A DNA stretch of 60,000 nucleotides from contig CM075989.1 of NCBI GenBank assembly GCA_038087875.1, positions 8,310,001 through 8,370,000 of the forward strand, written 5' to 3'. Origin of the DNA: Malacoraja senta (lineage: Eukaryota). The translations under genes were made by a program, and so were the position numbers. Under the pieces are notes generated by a model. It did no database searches, was not told where the DNA came from, and saw nothing but the letters and a program-made list of their open reading frames with translations. Shown piece by piece: positions 47,040-59,334 of this stretch; within the stretch, counting starts at the first letter, position 1; each line of letters begins with the position of its first letter.

Positions 47040-49675
47040 AGCAAGAGAATAGTTACTAAAGATAGCAGTATCTTCAGCTACCAGTGACAATACACAGAAT
47101 TATACTTGACAGTCAGGGAAGCTGCTTTCCGATTGTCCATGGCCACATCAATTCACCTGCACCAGCTAGCAATGGTGTAATGCTGTGGCGATTATCCAAA
47201 AATTTTTTGCCAGATATTTTCTAAAAATCTTGCACACTGTTCTTAAGAGATACTTTGCTTGGCTACTCAAACTCTCACATCTAACTGCACTTTTCTGATA
47301 TCACAAATCCCCATCCCCAAGGTTAAACAGGACTAAAATACCGTCTCTTAATTCAGGAGATGCCAGGATAAATGAAACCACCAATGACACAATTCTAATT
47401 CTAAAATTAATCATTTTGGGGGAAATGGTTAACTTTCACAAATCATTCAAAGATGGATCTCTTCCAATGCAATGCAAGTATTAATTTATAAAACACCTCA
47501 AGTGCTATCATTTGACAATAAACCTGAAGCTTTGGCAAATTGTTGATGTGTATTGTTGATGCCAGGATCAAATGACATGTAACATCACATCAAACTATTC
47601 AATACTCATTTGGAATTAGTTTATGCCATGTCTTGGAATGAAAAAGTACAAATTGTTTGACGAGAAAAATAACACAAATGCAAGAAATTGCTAATTTGAT
47701 TAAAACAAAAGTTTATCAAATTATACTCCACATTAGCCTCAAATGGCTACTTGGCTAAACTACAGGAGGACAAATGGTATCCACAGAACAATATACCACC
47801 TCAGCAACAAAGTCAGACAGCATCTGCAGAATGAGAAAACAAAAATCAATATTTCAAGTGAATGACAAACAGGCCGTTAAGCCCAAGTTAAGAATCTAGA
47901 TTTTTAAGAACAGTGAAACTTGAAGGATACAATAAGGCGTCTGAAACGTTGTGACTTGTGTACTGCCTCACCACAATCTACTATTCATACATTCTTGTAC
48001 TTGGATTTTACTGTGCTTATGTATAGCAAGATTTTACTGAATTGTATGCAAAAAGAATTTCACTGTACATAAGTACATGTGACAATAAAGTATAATTGAA
48101 AGATGAGTTGAAAATCAGCTTTACACCATGACATTTAAATAGAAAATATTCAGCAGGTTACACTTGCCAAATTTCCAGATCTGCTCAATGCTTGCAGTAT
48201 TTTCGGTTTTTGGTTGGATTTCCAACATTTGTAGCTTTTTGATTATCAATTAAAATGTTAAACTTAACAGCAAAAGAATCTCTGAAATACAGCCGTGGAG
48301 TTGTTTTCACTAATTTACACAAGAATTGTCAGGAAAAAAAGCAGAGAAAAAAATGTGCATATTGGATTCATGTCACGGCAATATGGATTGGAAGATTTCA
48401 AGAATATTATTTTACTGGCAATATATTGCTGATTCAAACCAAGACGCCAACAGTACTAGATTTGAATTAGAATATTGAATCAATATTCGAGAAAAATGGA
48501 TAGGGAGGCAAGACCCAAGAAAACATTTGGTTCACTTTCATTTTTTCTTACCTCTATAAAAAGGTCCATTAAAAGATTATCGACCAATTTTATTAGCAAA
48601 CATTTAACAAATTGAATAACTGGCTATCCAACACATCTAAGCTTTAACTGAACTTGCAATTCTGTTACATTATTCCAATAATTTAGTACAAAAGCAGGGA
48701 AGATATAATCTCCTATCTTAAAAGTTTGAAAACGGATTAAATTACTGAACAAGATATTCTACCTCCATCACAAACTGAAACTTAAATCCACAAAGCACTC
48801 AAATAACAGATTTGATAAGATGCATATGAACAAACAAAACAATGGCAAGTAAGTCTGCATTCTTCCCCCACATTGGTTTATTCATAAATAAATATGGCAT
48901 TGCACTGTTCCCTTTCTCTATATGCATCTCCCTTGCCAAAACAAAAATAACTGGTAACCAAACATAAATAACAATGATAAGTTCATATTTACTCTAATGT
49001 AAAACTGTCACACACAGAGGTGACTCTATATCAACCTATTGTATAGAAAGAGTGACAGTATACAACACAATGAAAATTCAGATAAAGTTCCCACATACCC
49101 ACCAATTAGGCTTTTGGGTAAAGGTAGCAGATTAGGAATTACCATCACCTTGTGAATGGTACACACAGCAGACATGGTGCATTAAAATCATAAATGTGAA
49201 ATGTAGACATATGACTGTGGTGAAACTGCTCAAATGCAAGAATGTATAATCTGAAGCACTCAAAATATTCATACGATAAATTATACATCTACATACACCT
49301 GGAGCCTTCAAGACTTACAAAGCTTGGACAAATTTTGACAACAATTTGTTCCTTAATTGTAGTTCTCCTGCTTACTTCCATTTAATCAGTGTAATAGTAT
49401 TGTTCGATGTACAACCATCCTTTTTCTAAAGCTTCTTCTTGGAAGATCAATCAGGTATCAAAAAGTTACATTAAATTTAATCTGCTTACTCGATAATTTC
49501 AGATTCATACTGGCAGGTCACCTTCTTGTGATAAAGTGAAATACACTTTTCAATACAATTTTTCCCATTATTCTTTTGGGAAGGATATATATATACACAT
49601 ACATATACACATATATATATATACACATACATTTACACATACATTTACACATATATATATACACACACACACATA

Positions 49676-51285
49676 GAGGGGCTTGCAAAAGTTTTCATAC
49701 CCCTTGAACTTTTCCACATTTTGTCACGTTACAACCACAAACGTAAATGTATTTTATTGGGATTTTATGGGATAGACCAACACAAAGTGGTGCATAATTG
49801 TGAAGTGGAAGGAAAATGATACATGGTTTTCAAATTTTTTTACAAATAAAAAACTGAAAAGTGTCACGTGCAAAAGTATTCAGCCCCCCTGAGTCAATAC
49901 TATGTAGAACCACCTTTCGCTGCAATTACAGCTGCAAGTCTTTTGGGGTATGTCTCTACCAGCTTTGCACATCTAGAGACTGAAATTTTTGCCCATTCTT
50001 CTTTGCAAAATAGCTCAAGCTCAGTCAGATTGGATGGAGAGCGTCTGTGAACAGCAATTTTCAAGTCTTGCCAGAGATTCTCAATTGGATTTAGGTCTGG
50101 ACTTTGACTGGGCCATTCTAACACATGAATATGCTTTGATCTAAACCATTCCATTGTAGCTCTGGCTGTATGTTTAGGGTCGTTGTCCTGCTGGAAGGTG
50201 AACCTCCGCCCGTCTCAAGTCTTTTGCAGACTCCAACAGGTTTTCCTCCAAGATTGCCCTGTATTTGGCTCCATCAATCTTCCCATCAACTCTGACCAGC
50301 TTCCCTGTCCCTGCTGAAGCAAAGCATCCCCACAGCATGATGCTGCCACCACCATGTTTCACAGTGGGGATGGTGTGTTCAGGGTGATGTGCAGTGTTTG
50401 GTTTCCACCACACATAGCGTTTTGCATTTAGGCCCAAAACTTCAATTTTGGTCTCATCTGACCAGAGCACCTTCCTCCACATGTTTGCTGTGTCCCCCAC
50501 ATGGCTTGTGGCAAACTGCAAACGGGACTTCTTATGGCTTTTTTTCAACAATGGCTTTCTTCTTGCCACTCTTCCATAAAGGCCCGATTTGTGGAGTGCA
50601 CGACTAATAGTTGTCCTGTGGACAGATTCTCCCACCTGAGCTGTGGATCTCTGCAGCTCCTCCAGAGTTACCATGGGCCTCTTGGCTGCTTCTCTGATCA
50701 ATGCTCTCCTTGCCTGTCAGTTTAGGTGGACAGCCATGTCTTGGTAGGTTTGCAGTTGTGCCATACTCTTTCCATTTTCGGATGATGGATTGAACAGTGC
50801 TCCGTGAGATGTTCAAAGCTTGGGATATTTTTTTATAACCTAACCCTGCTTTAAACTTCTCCACAACTTTATCCCTGACCTGTCTGGTGTGTTCCTTGGG
50901 CTTCATGATAGTGTTTGTTCACTAATGTTCTCTAACAAACCTCCGAGCCCTTCACAGAACAGCTGTATTTATACTGAGATTAGATTACACACAAGTGGAC
51001 TCTATTTACTAATTAGGTGACTTCTGAAGGCAATTGGTTGCACTGGATTTTATTTAGGGGTATCAGAGGAAAGGGGGCTGAATACTTTTGCACGCGACAC
51101 TTTTTCAGTTTTTTATTTGTAAAAAATTTGAAAACCATGTATCATTTTCCTTCCACTTCACAATTATGCGCCACTTTGTGTTGGTCTATCACATAAAATC
51201 CCAATAAAATACATTTACGTTTGTGGTTGTAACGTGACAAAATGTGGAAAAGTTCAAGGGGTATGAATACTTTTGCAAGCCACTG
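49676..51285 (-). mobile_element. Full-length Tc1 transposon, Passport/PPTN-like, IR/DR type
   Basis: ~213-bp TIRs (49676-49889, 51073-51285) with internal direct repeats tgcaaaagt.ttca; TA at both ends; inserted in a TA/CA microsatellite. Confidence 0.95.
49890..50906 (-). pseudogene. Tc1 DDE transposase with small frameshifting deletions (~50715, ~50212)
   Basis: [72 protein letters not shown]. Confidence 0.93.
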
Positions 51286-51670
51286 TATATACACACATAT
51301 ATATACACACACATATATATACACACACATATATATACACACACACACATATTTATATATACACACACATACATATATATATATATATACATATATCCTG
51401 CTACATAAGCATATCTCACCTTGAGATCAGACGAGACAACTACAGCAACTTCAGCTACAGCAGCAATGACAATTATGTTAGTGGACCAAACTTGCATGTA
51501 AAACCTAAATAAAACAAGTGTTTATTCAGACAATTACAAACAGTCTGAAGAAGGGTTTCGACCTGAAACTTTGCCTATTTCCTTCACTCCATAGATGCTG
51601 CCTCACCCGCTGAGTTTCACCAGCATTTATATCTACCTTTGTTTATACACCACGTTTGGTGTGGCTACAT

Positions 51671-51684
51671 TGGTGACCCCGACG
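51671..51684 (+). promoter_or_regulatory. Primer binding site complementary to tRNA-Trp 3' end
   Basis: 14-nt match to the reverse complement of vertebrate tRNA-Trp ...CGTCGGGGTCACCA. Confidence 0.8.
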
Positions 51685-51869
51685 ATCCAAATTTGGGATT
51701 TGGGATTTCTCCCGACACACGCAGCCTCGGGAGACCTGATGTCTGCAGCCGCCAACCCGGCCCTACAGTAAGGTATGCCGCAGGCCGCCTGGGTCATGGG
51801 GCGGGGTCCAGGCCATGTGTGACGGCCGCCAATCTCTCCCGCATGACCTGCCCGGTGCCGACCACCAGG

Positions 51870-52018
51870 GCTGAGAGACCGCGGCTGCCGCCGCTCCCCC
51901 ACCAGCTGCTGCCCACTGGAGCTGAGAGGCCGTGGCTGCCGCCACTCCCCCACCAGCTGCTGCCCACCGGAGCTAAGAGGCCGCGGCAGCCGTCGCTCCT
52001 CCACCAGCTGCTGCAGGA
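51870..52018 (+). repeat. 51-bp GC-rich minisatellite, about 3 copies
   Basis: Units start at 51870, 51921 and 51972 (gctgagagaccgcggctgccgccgctcccccaccagctgctgcccactgga). Confidence 0.9.
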
Positions 52019-53133
52019 GCTGCGAGTGTAGCAGCCCCCTGCCCCCAGCATCACCGACGCCCGCCCGACGGCCCTGGGAGCAGGGACAGAGCGGGCCCAC
52101 CCATTACCCCACCGGCTGCTGCTCAAGGCCTAGCCACCCGATAGGTCAGGCCTACCTGGGGCGGCTGCCCAAAGACATCCTTCTGCTTCTCACCGACGGC
52201 GACCCCGAAGATCCCTGGGCGCCTCTGCCAGTCGTGAGTCAGCAGTCCCGCGACGGATTCCCCAGCAGCTTCCAGCCTCCGTCGAAGGCGCGGCAGTGCA
52301 GCCGGTCTCCATCGACACCGGCGACGGCGAGTGGAGTCCCTACCTGCAGCGGTGGGACGAGATCCGTCGATGCCGGCCGCCCCGCACGCTTCTTGGATCG
52401 CCTTTGAAAGCCGCCTAAGCCGGCCGCCAAAATGACCGCCGCGGCCGGCCGGAAGCGACGCTCGACCTTCTCCGACTGCCATCAACAGCGCCACCTTCCG
52501 GCCAGATGCCGTCACTGCAGCATGACCGCCAGCAACAGCGCCACTTCAGGCCAGATGCTGTCACCGCAACCTCCCGTTTTCCAGCACAGCTTCCCACCCT
52601 GCACCATGGACAATTTGAACTTTCCTACCACTTTGCATTTGATTGCTCACTGTAGTTTGTTTTGTTTCTTTTCACTTTTTTACACTGTATCACCACGCCG
52701 GGTTTAGCAATCAGCTTATTTATTTATTCTTACTTCTTTGCTTGCTTTGTTGCCGACGTCTCCCAGCCGTTGCTGGGGGCCATATTTCTCCTAGCTGGTC
52801 GAGGAGATGCGACTATGTCTCGTCCATCTGATGGCCCACAGCCGGAGCGTCGACTGCACCCGCGGGCCCCAAAGTCCCGACTCACGGCCGGGGTGCCTCC
52901 GACCCACAGCAGGACTCAACCATGCCTGCACACTTTCACGTAGAAGGTTAGCGCATCCTACTCCTTTCTCCGGTTCTGGGGGGGGGGGGGGGGGTTCTGT
53001 GGTGTCAGCTGATAGACAGACTACTTGCGGTCGAACCCTCGTCAGTGGTTACGAGGGCTGTCACGTGACGTCATGGGTTAAGGAGAGGCTGCAGAAGGTT
53101 TTCTGGAAAGGTTTAAAACCAGCTACGGCAACC

Positions 53134-55474
53134 AGTCAGGTGACACTCAGTATCAGCAAGGAAATGACTCGCCACAGTTTTGTGCTACGCTTATGAACTG
53201 TTTGCCTTCCAGCGTCGCAATGGCTATTAAAACCAATAATATGGACTGGTCAGAGTCTTCACCGGCCCGCATGTCAAGAGCTGTGAAAGCCTTTTGGAAA
53301 AACTGTCCTGTTGGAGACAGGGAAGCCCACATAAAGGCAAAAAATGAATATGTGAGCAAGCCAAACTATTTGCGCTGACTAGAGCCTGCACCCTGGCCGA
53401 AGGACTATCTGCAAATATTTACACGGATTCCCAATATGCTTTTGGAGTGGTTCATGATTATGGACAATTATGGAAGAATGGGGGGTTTCTAACCTCTTCA
53501 GGGACAGTGATATCTCACAAAAATTGGTTTCTAATTTGCTACAGGCCATTCAGTTACCCAGTCAGCTTGCTGTTATCAAAGTTAGAGCCCATACTATAGG
53601 CCAAAGCCCCAGAGACATAGGAAATCGCCTTGCCGACGAGGCAGCTAAGAAAGCTTTTAGGAGTCACCAAATTGTTGTGCCCCACATGCTGTGGCAGACT
53701 AAAAATTATACTAGGAAGTCTCCCCTGGAAAAAGGAAGTACTTCAGGTACCCAAACTTCAGGTACCCAAGGAAGCCAACCATCCAGGAAGTACTTCAAAT
53801 ATAGGAGGACGATCCTGCCCAGGTAAAACAGCTGTGGCAGGACTAGGGTTGTGTGGTACGATCCTGTCACTAGCTTGTGGGTTACGCCTGCCAGCAAGAC
53901 TTGCGTTGTGGGTTATTGAATGTGTACACTTTGCAACTCATTGTGGTGCCAAGGCCGTACGTGATATGCTTTTAGAGACCCGGTGGCATCCAAAACCTCT
54001 GGACTTGTCCCAGCGTATCTGCCAGCGATGTCTGATTTGCCAGCAGCATAATCCAGCTAAGGACTGGCCCTGTGAACCAGGTAAGACCCCTTTACCAGCA
54101 GGTCCCTTTGAGACTTTGCAAATGGACTACATTGAGTTGGAAAGATCTCAGTGTTATATGTTCTTGTAATTGTTGATGTTTTTAGTAAATGGATAGTTAT
54201 CGTTGGTGCCTCTCATGTGTGTGGTAGCATTATATTTTTGAATGAATCAGACCAAGAGGAAATATAAAAGATTCAAGGGACTGAGTGGATGATGTTTGAA
54301 AGATTCTTTGTGTAACTGATTTTACAAAGGATGTGAGTTTATTGCAATAGGCAGAATCAGGGATTGTAAAATGAGCAAATGCAAAGGTGTTGTTAATAAA
54401 CCATGTATCTGGGGCGTTACTGCGCTGTATAAAACTGCAGTTGCCGCATGCCTGCCGCTGGGCTGATCCCCTAACACCGCCAGTTCCATCTGGGTGTGAA
54501 ACCATGTGGATAAATGAAATGGATTAAAGCATATCCGACCACTGACAATAAAGCCTCTAACGTTGTAAAAATATTATTACGCGAAATCATACCGTGATTC
54601 GATGTACCTGCGCGTTTAAGTTCAGATAATGGTCCTCATTTTATTGCTGCTATAAACAAAGAAATGTGCCATCAATTACAGATACATCAACAGCTCCATT
54701 GTGCGTATCGACCTTAGGTCGCCGGATTGGTGGAACGAGCAAACCAGAAATCCAAATTAGCAAAATTAGTGGCACAGACTGGCTTAACATGGTTAAAACT
54801 GCTCCCTGTAGCTCTTTTTCAGATACGGACCACTCCTTCTGGTACGGCACAAATAACGCCTGCGGAAATCATATATGGTCGACCTTTACAGATGCCATGG
54901 AACGACCATGGCCCCCGTGATGGTCCATTTCCACCAGATTACTGAGGAAATGACATCCTATGTATTAACGTTAATCCGTGCTTTGCGAACTTCTCATTCA
55001 CGGGTCAGGGCTGCATATGGTGAGTGCTCAAAGTTCCATCTAATATTGAGCCAGGTTGCTAGGTGCTGGTCAGGAACTGGACGAGTAAGCACCTCAACGC
55101 ACGTTGGGATGGTAATTTGCAGGTTCTCCTCACCGCTCCGACCGCAGCCCTTAAATCGAGGGTCGCGCTGCGTGGGTTCACCCGAACCACTGCAAATTGA
55201 TTGGGGAGACCAATTAAAAGGGGGGAAGAAGAGTAATTTTATTTTTAATTTAGAGTTTTTTTCGTTTAAGTTTAGTTTTGAATCTTAATAAGTTTAGTTT
55301 TTGAATCCTTATTTTGCTATATGGTTAAGAATATGCAACTGAATACTGGACTGACTGACTGAAGGACGTTTAAATTGAGTGAATTTGTTGTTTAAGCTAA
55401 TTAAGTAAGAAATTAGCTTTTTGTGAGGCTTTGCATATTCCAGATAAATCAAAATGAGGCGATTCATCCTGCTA
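53134..55474 (+). mobile_element. Deleted endogenous retrovirus (class I / epsilon-like): gag-like fragment, RNase H, integrase, PPT, LTR start
   Basis: RNase H ALTRAC..NIYTDSQYAFGVVHDYGQLW..IKVRAH..GNRLADEAAK; IN HFATHCG..CQRCLICQQHN, PFETLQMDYIEL, DVFSKWI, SDNGPHF, GLVERAN, TPAEIIYGRP; PPT aaaagggggga ~55216-55226. Confidence 0.85.
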
Positions 55475-57055
55475 TGCATAGATACATAGAAAATAGGTGC
55501 AGTTAGATCATCCAACTCAGTATCCCGTACCTGCCTTCTCTCCATACCCCCTGATGCCTTTAGCCACAAGGGCCACATCTAACTCCCTCTTAAATATAGC
55601 CAATGAACTGGCCTCAACTACCCTCTGTGGCAGAGAGTTCCAGAGATTCACCACTCTGTGTGAAAACGTTTTTTCTCATCTCGGTCTTAAAGGATTTCCC
55701 CCTTATCCTTAAGCTGTGACCCCTTGTCCTGGACTTCCCCAACATCGGGAACAATCTTCCTGCATCTAGCCTGTCCAACCCCATAAGAATTTTGTAAGTT
55801 TCTATAAGATCCCCTCTCAATCTCCTAAATTCTAGCGAGTATATGCCGAGTCTATCCAGTCTTTCTTCATATGAAAGTCCTGACATCCCAGGAATCAGTC
55901 TGGTGAACCTTCTCTGCACTCCCTCTATGGCTATAATGTCCTTCCTCAGATTTGGAGACCAAAACTGTACGTAATACTCCAGGTGTGGTCTCACCAAGAC
56001 CCTGTACAACTGCAGTAGAACCTCCCTGCTCCTATACTCAAATCCTTTTGCTATGAAAGCTAACATACCATTCGCTTTCTTCACTGCCTGCTGCACCTGC
56101 ATGCCTACTTTCAATGACTGGTGTACCATGACACCCAGGTCTCGCTGCATCTCCCCTTTTCCTAATCGGCCACCATTTAGATAATAGTCTGCTTTCCTGT
56201 TTTTGCCACCAAAGTGGATAACCTCACATTTATCCACATTATACTGCATCTGCCAAATATTTGCCCACTCACCCAGCCTATCCAAGTCACCTTGCAGTAT
56301 CCTAGCATCCTCCTCACAGCTAACACTGCCCCCCAGCTTAGTGTCATCCGCAAACTTGGAGATGTTGCCTTCAATTCCCTCATCCAGCTCATTAATATAA
56401 ATTGTAAATAGCTGGGGTCCCAGCACTGAGCCTTGCGGTACCCCACTAGTCACTGCCTGCCATTGTGAAAAGGACCCGTTTACTCCTACTCTTTTGCTTC
56501 CTGTTTGCCAGCCAGTTCTCTATCCACATCAATACTGAATCCCCAATACCGTGTGCTTTTAAGTTTGTATATTAAACTCTTATGTGGGACCTTGTCGAAA
56601 GCCTTCTGAAAGTCCAGATACAACACATCCACTGGTTCTCCCCTATCCACTCTACTGGTTACATCCTCGAAAAATTCTATAAGATTCGTCAGACATGATT
56701 TACCTTTCGTAAATCCATGCTGACTTGGTTCAATGATTTCACCACTTTCCAAATATGCTGCTATCCCATCTTTAATAACTGACTCTAGCAGTTTCCCCAC
56801 TACCGATGTTAGACTAACTGGTCTGTAATTCCCCGTTTTCTCTCTCCCTCCCTTCTTAAAAAGTGGGGTTACGTTTGCTACCCTCCAATCCTCAGGAACT
56901 ACTCCAGAATCTAAAGAGTTTTGAAAAATTATCACTAATGCATCCACTATTTCTGGAGCTACTTCCTTAAGTACTCTGGGATGCAGCCTATCTGGCCCTG
57001 GTGATTTATCGGCCTTTAATCCATTCAATTTACCCAACACCACTTCCCGACTAAT
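55475..57055 (-). mobile_element. Young 5'-truncated CR1/HER1 LINE, frameshifted
   Basis: RT split into ORFs 56486-57043 and 55614-56453, near-identical to 8950-10490; small deletion in the 3' UTR near 55503. Confidence 0.95.
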
Positions 57056-57401
57056 TTAAGAGACAGTTAGACAGGTACATGGATAGGACAGGTTTGGAGG
57101 GATATGGACCAAGCGCAGGCAAGTGGGGCTAGTGTAGCTGGGACATTGTTGGCCGGTGTGGAAGAGTTGGGCCGAAGGGCCTGTTTCCATACTGTATGAC
57201 TCTAGGAGCTATCTACCTACATAACATACTGCAAATCATACAGTAGTTGTAGATAGGAGTGGAGTATTTGTAATCCAAGGGAAGAAACCCATAATCAATG
57301 AAGTTGCGATGACCTGCAATCTAAATGGAATCCAGGATTGTCTAAAGGAAATGTGATAAAATTACCTTTTCACCTCAGGATAAAGCACTATTCATCTACT
57401 T

Positions 57402-57776
57402 AGTGGGCAGGACAAAGATAGAATGTAGTTGGAGACAGTAAGACTGGTGGGAGAACTGGGGAGGGGATGGAGAGAGAGGGAAAGCAACGGCTATTTGAAG
57501 TTAGAGAAGTCAATGTTCATATCGCCGGGGTGTAAGCTACCCAAGCAAAATATGAGGTGCTGTTCCTCCAATTTGCGCTGGGCCTTCAGACTGATTTCAG
57601 GGGAGTGGGCAGGACAAAGATAGAATGTAGTTGGAGACAGTAAGACTGGTGGGAGAACCAGTCTTACTGTCTCCAACTACGTTCTATCTTTGTCCTGCCC
57701 ACTCCCCTGAAATCAGTCTGAAGAAGGGTCTTGACCTAAAACGTCACCCATTCCTTCTCTCCAGAGATGCTGCCTA
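57402..57776. mobile_element. Penelope-like terminal repeats in tandem and inverted arrangement
   Basis: Minus strand RKLEEQHLIFCLGSLHPGDMNIDFS; direct repeat 57402/57604; 67-bp inverted repeat. Confidence 0.8.
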
Positions 57777-57959
57777 ATAATTTAATATGCTGCCGGAGGG
57801 CTGCAATATAATAAGATAAAGGATTAGTTGCTGCTGCTCAAGTTTGCATTGGACACTGTTGGAGTAAAACAAGGAGGCGAAGAGCACGGAGAACTGAAGT
57901 GAGAGGCAATTAGAAGCTTGCTGTTCTCATTCTGGACTGAAAAGTAGCATTCTGCAGAG

Positions 57960-58330
57960 AAGAATGTCAGATTGGGAATGAGAGGGAGAGTTGAAGCACT
58001 GAGCAACCAGGAGATCAGGTAGGGTTAAGGCGGACTGAGCGGAGGTGTTCAGCGAAATGATCGCCAAGCTACGCTTGGTCTCGCCGATGTACAGAAGTTG
58101 ACACCTGGAACAGCGGATACAGTAGTCGAGGTTGGAGGAGGTGCAAGTGAACCTCTGCCTCATCTGGAAAGATTGTTGGATCCCAATCCCCTGACATCAG
58201 TCTGAAGAAAGGTCTCAACCCGAAACATCGCCCATTCCTTCTCTTCAGAGATGCTGCCTGTCCCATGAGTTACTCCAGCATTTTGTGTCTACCTTCGATT
58301 TAAACCAGCATCTGCAGTTCTTTCCTACAT
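57960..58330. mobile_element. Penelope GIY-YIG fragment (minus) joined to a plus-strand terminal repeat
   Basis: QRFTCTSSNLDYCIRCSRCQLLYIGETKR. Confidence 0.8.
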
Positions 58331-59334
58331 ATTAAATTATTAGCTATAGATAACCACCCTTTCTCCTCCCGCTCCACAGATGCAACTGTATCTCTGTTTC
58401 AATGCGTTTCCTTCTATCTCTAGCTGGGTTTTTTTGTTTTTTTTAAAGCAATTATCAACTTTGTTCTGCACCCTATCACAGGCACCATTTCTGCCTCTCT
58501 CCACAATCAAAGACTTATTTTCTTAGTTTTGCAGTTCCGATGAATGGTGTTTGACCAGAAAAGTAAACTTTGCTCAAGTTGTAAGTGCTTTCAGGATTGC
58601 GTGTTTTAGATTTCCAGCAACTGCATTATCTTTTCTACTCTAGTTCCCTCTCTCGTCCCTTTCTTAAATAGCAGCATTACATTTACTACATTCCAATCAG
58701 CTGGCAGTGTTCCAGGATCCAAGGAATTTTAGAAGATGATCACTAATGCATCCACTTATTCAGTAGCCAGTTTTTTTTAGAACCATGGGATACAGGCCAT
58801 CAGCTCCAGGGCATTTATCAGATTTTAATTCCCTTAATTTATATATTTTCCCTTCGATGATATTAATAACTTGAAGTCCCTCACTGTCATTAGATAACAA
58901 ATTTCCCTACATCTCTGCTAGTTATTATGTCCTCCACAGAGGCGACAGATGGAAAAAAATGTAATGCTGGAGCAATTTCTTTACTCGCCATTGTAATTTC
59001 ACCTCGCTCATCTCCAAAAGGTTTGCTGCTCTATTTTAAATAAATGTATAACTGTGCATGGTAGAAAGACTTTTGTATTTCTTGTTAATGTACTCTCAGT
59101 CAACCTTTATGATACTTTTTAGTTGATTGTTACGTGTAATCATTCTTTTACATTTTATACCAAGAAAGGTTAGAGCATTTCAACATACTAATGACTCCAC
59201 TTAATGTGAGAATATATAATAGTCTCAAAGCATTTCTTCCTGCTTGAACCTGCCTTTGCTCATCCTGTAATAATAGCAGATTTTAAAAGTGACATTATAA
59301 GAAATGGTTTAAAAATTTCTTTGACAAGATCCCA

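Larger units (their letters stand above)
51398..53133 (+). mobile_element. Putative internally deleted Gypsy-type LTR element (tRNA-Trp primed)
   Basis: AATAAA ~51508, LTR-like end ...ggctaCA 51669, PBS TGGTGACCCCGACG 51671-51684, GC-rich interior, G-run PPT 52978-52994 followed by TGTGG; a short repeat is inserted in the 5' LTR remnant at 51541-51640. Confidence 0.6.

Noticed and set aside
46803..47090. ORFs spanning X runs
   Set aside because: Artefacts of the N gap.
47040..49585. AT-rich, repeat-poor 2.5 kb as a possible 3' UTR or exon cluster
   Set aside because: No supportable ORF or splice structure; cannot be called from sequence alone.
51870..52018. Regularly spaced repeats as a CRISPR-like array
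   Set aside because: Contiguous 51-bp tandem units with no unique spacers, eukaryotic context, no cas genes.
51633..52707. Multiple 100-155 aa ORFs in the GC-rich region
   Set aside because: Expected from stop-codon scarcity at high GC; no domain motifs.
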